The notes under the pieces: generated by a model
Databases searched by the model: none
The model's input: only the letters and a program-made list of their open reading frames with translations
Told to the model about the DNA's origin: nothing
Made by a program: the position numbers and the translations under genes
Origin: Candidatus Sumerlaeia bacterium
GTDB taxonomy: Bacteria > Sumerlaeota > Sumerlaeia > SLMS01 > JANRJK01
Assembly (NCBI GenBank): GCA_033764015.1
Contig: JANRJK010000046.1
Coordinates: 192,001-256,000, forward strand
DNA: 64,000 nucleotides
Direction of reading: 5' to 3'
Part shown: one piece after another, positions 61,546 to 64,000 of the stretch
How the letters are laid out: every line of letters starts with the position of its first letter
Position numbering within the stretch: the stretch's first letter is position 1

Positions 61546-63856
61546 GCGCCTTCGACAGCGCCTCGCGGAGCTGGGCCAGGCCGAAGGGCTTCGTCAGCAC
61601 CCCGCGGATCCCGTGCTCCGCGTGCCGCGCCAGGATCGGATTCTCCGAGTAGCCGCTGGCGAGCATCACGCAGGCTTGCGGATCGAGCTTGAGGATCTCC
61701 GCCGCCGCGTAGTCGCCCCCCTTGCCGCCGCGCACCGTCAGGTCCAGCAGCACCGCGCGGAACCGCGCGCCGGTCGCCAGCGCGGAGCGGTACGCCTCCA
61801 CCGCCTGCTCGCCGTTCGACACCTTCACCGCATGGAAGCCGAAGTGCCGCAGCAGGCGCGCGTAGGTGTCCAGGATGAACGTCTCGTCGTCCATGACGAG
61901 CACCTCCCCCGTGCCGTGGAAGCTGCTGTCGGTACCCGACCCCTCCTTCTCGACCTGCGTCTCCGTCGCGACCGGAAGGTCCACGATGACGCGCGTTCCG
62001 ACTCCGCGCTTGGAGTCGAGCGCGATATGGCCGGAGTGGTTGCGGACGATGCGCTGGCAGACGGAGAGGCCGAGCCCCGAGCTGCCCTTGGTGCTGAAGA
62101 ACGGGTCGAACACGCGCGAGACGACGTCCTCCTGGATGCCCTCGCCGTTGTCGGCGAAGACGACGCGGAGGTGTTCTCCCTTGAGCAGCTCGGAGGCGCC
62201 GGGGCGGCGGTGCTCGAGCGTCACCGCGAGCCGCGGCATCGTCGTGCCGGCGGTCGCCTCGCGCGCGTTGAGCGCCAGGTTGAAACACACCTGGTAGAGC
62301 TGGCCGCGGTCCCCGTAGACCCGCACCCCCGCGGCGTCGTCGTTGATCGTGAAGCGCACCGAGGTGCCGCGGCACGCGAGCGCCACCGCCTCCTCGACGA
62401 CGCCGCGGACGTCGACGACGGCCCGGACGGGCTCGGAGCCCTTCGAGAAGACGAGGAGCTGGCGCGCGAGGTTCCGCGCCTGCATCGCCGCCTCCTCGAT
62501 GCGGGTCAGCTCCTCCATGACGCCGGCGAGATCGCCGCGCCGCGCGTCCACCTTGGCGAGCGACGCGCCGGCGGTGACGCCGGTGAGGAAGTTGTTGAAG
62601 TCGTGGCCGATGCCCCCCGCGAGCGTGCCGACGCTGTCGAGGCGCGAGGCCATGGCGAGCTGCCGCTCGAGGTCGCGCAGGTCGGTCACATCCTGCAGCA
62701 CGCCGTTGCGCGCCGCCGGGGCGCCGTCCGCCCCCGCCTCCGTGGTTTCGTGGTACATGCAGATCGTGATGGCGTCGCCGCCGGTCCGCAGGAGCTGCAC
62801 CTCCGTCGAGAAGCCTTCCGGGCCGGCGGGCGTCGATGCGCGCAGGTCGCGGATCCGGGCCACGTCCTCCGGCGCCATGGCGGCGAAGAGGAGCGCTTCG
62901 CTCGGCGTCGTCCGCCGCGGCAGGTCGAGCAGGCGGTACATCTCGGAGGACCACTCGATGCGATCCTCCGGGAGCTCGTGGGTCCAGCTCCCGAGGCGGG
63001 CGAGGCGTTGCGAATTGACGAGGTTGGCCTGGGTGCGGCGGAGCTGCTCGCGCGCCTGGTACTCGCGCGTGATGTCCGCCAGCACCATGAGCAGCGGCGC
63101 GCGGCCGCCGCCCGGCGCGGGCATGCGCCGCATCCGGTTCCACACCACCCGCACGCCGCCGTCCTTCGCGCGCAGGCGCACGTCGAAGCGCCAGGGCGAA
63201 ACGTCGTCCGTGCCGAAGTCGTGCAGCACCGAGCGGTAGCGCTCGAGGTCCGCGGGATCGACGAGGGCTTCCGGGGACATGCCGGCCAGCTCGTCGAGCG
63301 GAAAACCTGTCAGCTCCGCCAGCCGGTGGTTGGCGAAGGCGATGCGCCCCTCGTCGACGATCATGATGCCGTCGGGGATCGTCTCGACGAGGGCGCGGAA
63401 ACGCTCTTCGCTTCCGCGCAGGGAGTCCTCCGCTTGCTTGCCGGCGTTGATGTCGCGGGCCACCAGCACGGTGCCGGTCCGTCCGCCCGCCTTGTCGATC
63501 ATCGGGCTGCCGGAGATGAGCACCCAGCCCCCGAGCCGCGGCTCGAAGACTTCGCGGGCGCTGGTCTCCTTCGCCGCGAGGAGTCCCTCGACGCAGCATT
63601 CCTCGCCGTCGCCGTGGGGACTGCCGAACAACTCGCAGTACCGCTTGCCGACCAGCTCGCGGATCGGGAGGCCGAGGTTGTCGGCGGCCGCCTTGTTCGC
63701 GCGCCCGATCCGGCCCTCGAGATCCAGCAGCAGCACCGCGTCGGGCAGTGCGTCGAAGGTCGTTTCCCACTCGTTCTTCGCGGTCGTGAGGACCTTCGCG
63801 AGTTCCTCCGGCGAAGGGTGGCTGTTGCCGGACTGGGCGGTTGGTGGATTCTGCAT
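61538..63856 (-). CDS. Multi-PAS hybrid sensor histidine kinase/response regulator (CckA-like)
   Basis: Three PAS units, H-box GGIGHDFNN, N-box NLALNAREA, G1 DNGEGI, F-box FDPFFSTK, G2 SGLGL, receiver (MDDE, LDLT, SGY, KPF). Start uncertain (ATG 63856). Confidence 0.92.
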   Translation of the reverse strand: MQNPPTAQSGNSHPSPEELAKVLTTAKNEWETTFDALPDAVLLLDLEGRIGRANKAAADNLGLPIRELVGKRYCELFGSPHGDGEECCVEGLLAAKETSAREVFEPRLGGWVLISGSPMIDKAGGRTGTVLVARDINAGKQAEDSLRGSEERFRALVETIPDGIMIVDEGRIAFANHRLAELTGFPLDELAGMSPEALVDPADLERYRSVLHDFGTDDVSPWRFDVRLRAKDGGVRVVWNRMRRMPAPGGGRAPLLMVLADITREYQAREQLRRTQANLVNSQRLARLGSWTHELPEDRIEWSSEMYRLLDLPRRTTPSEALLFAAMAPEDVARIRDLRASTPAGPEGFSTEVQLLRTGGDAITICMYHETTEAGADGAPAARNGVLQDVTDLRDLERQLAMASRLDSVGTLAGGIGHDFNNFLTGVTAGASLAKVDARRGDLAGVMEELTRIEEAAMQARNLARQLLVFSKGSEPVRAVVDVRGVVEEAVALACRGTSVRFTINDDAAGVRVYGDRGQLYQVCFNLALNAREATAGTTMPRLAVTLEHRRPGASELLKGEHLRVVFADNGEGIQEDVVSRVFDPFFSTKGSSGLGLSVCQRIVRNHSGHIALDSKRGVGTRVIVDLPVATETQVEKEGSGTDSSFHGTGEVLVMDDETFILDTYARLLRHFGFHAVKVSNGEQAVEAYRSALATGARFRAVLLDLTVRGGKGGDYAAAEILKLDPQACVMLASGYSENPILARHAEHGIRGVLTKPFGLAQLREALSKALR

Positions 63857-64000
63857 CGGGATTCCTTCCGGCATGCGGACGTGCTCGCTGGCGATGCGCC
63901 GGCGCGAAGCGCGACCCATGGGTGTCCCGGAATCGTCCGCCCGTTCCAAGGGTCCGGAGCGGATCGCGCCACGCCGCGCTTTGGCCACCGCCAGACAACC

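Overview
Very GC-rich (about 70% by eye) chromosomal DNA from a diderm, LPS-making bacterium (kdsA, lpxA, lolC/E). The gene repertoire (Ser/Thr kinase-TPR, several GT-C glycosyltransferases, scattered single housekeeping genes) would fit a poorly characterised lineage such as Sumerlaeota/BRC1 or a PVC relative, but that is only a guess. About 47 CDS can be supported. Most are housekeeping or envelope genes: kdsA, truA, queE, lolC/E, dnaA, mfd, rho, coaE, bcp, queA, lpxA, sppA, dapF, prpB, tkt, suhB. I found no tRNA, rRNA, CRISPR array, transposase or integrase. The notable items are: (1) a ~2,460-aa secreted protein with a cohesin-like N-terminus, 20 disulfide-stapled BACON-like repeats and an unrecognised ~360-aa C-terminal domain; (2) a co-oriented cluster of pseudokinase, vWA protein, membrane protein, TMTC-like and GT39 glycosyltransferases; (3) a dnaA with no dnaN or DnaA boxes beside it; (4) a hybrid histidine kinase with a degenerate ATPase domain, near an intact paralog; (5) a B12 radical SAM enzyme with a coiled-coil/amphipathic tail, upstream of queA-lpxA-GT2-GT4; (6) several candidate regulatory DNA elements. 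All family calls come from motifs read by eye, not from database searches.
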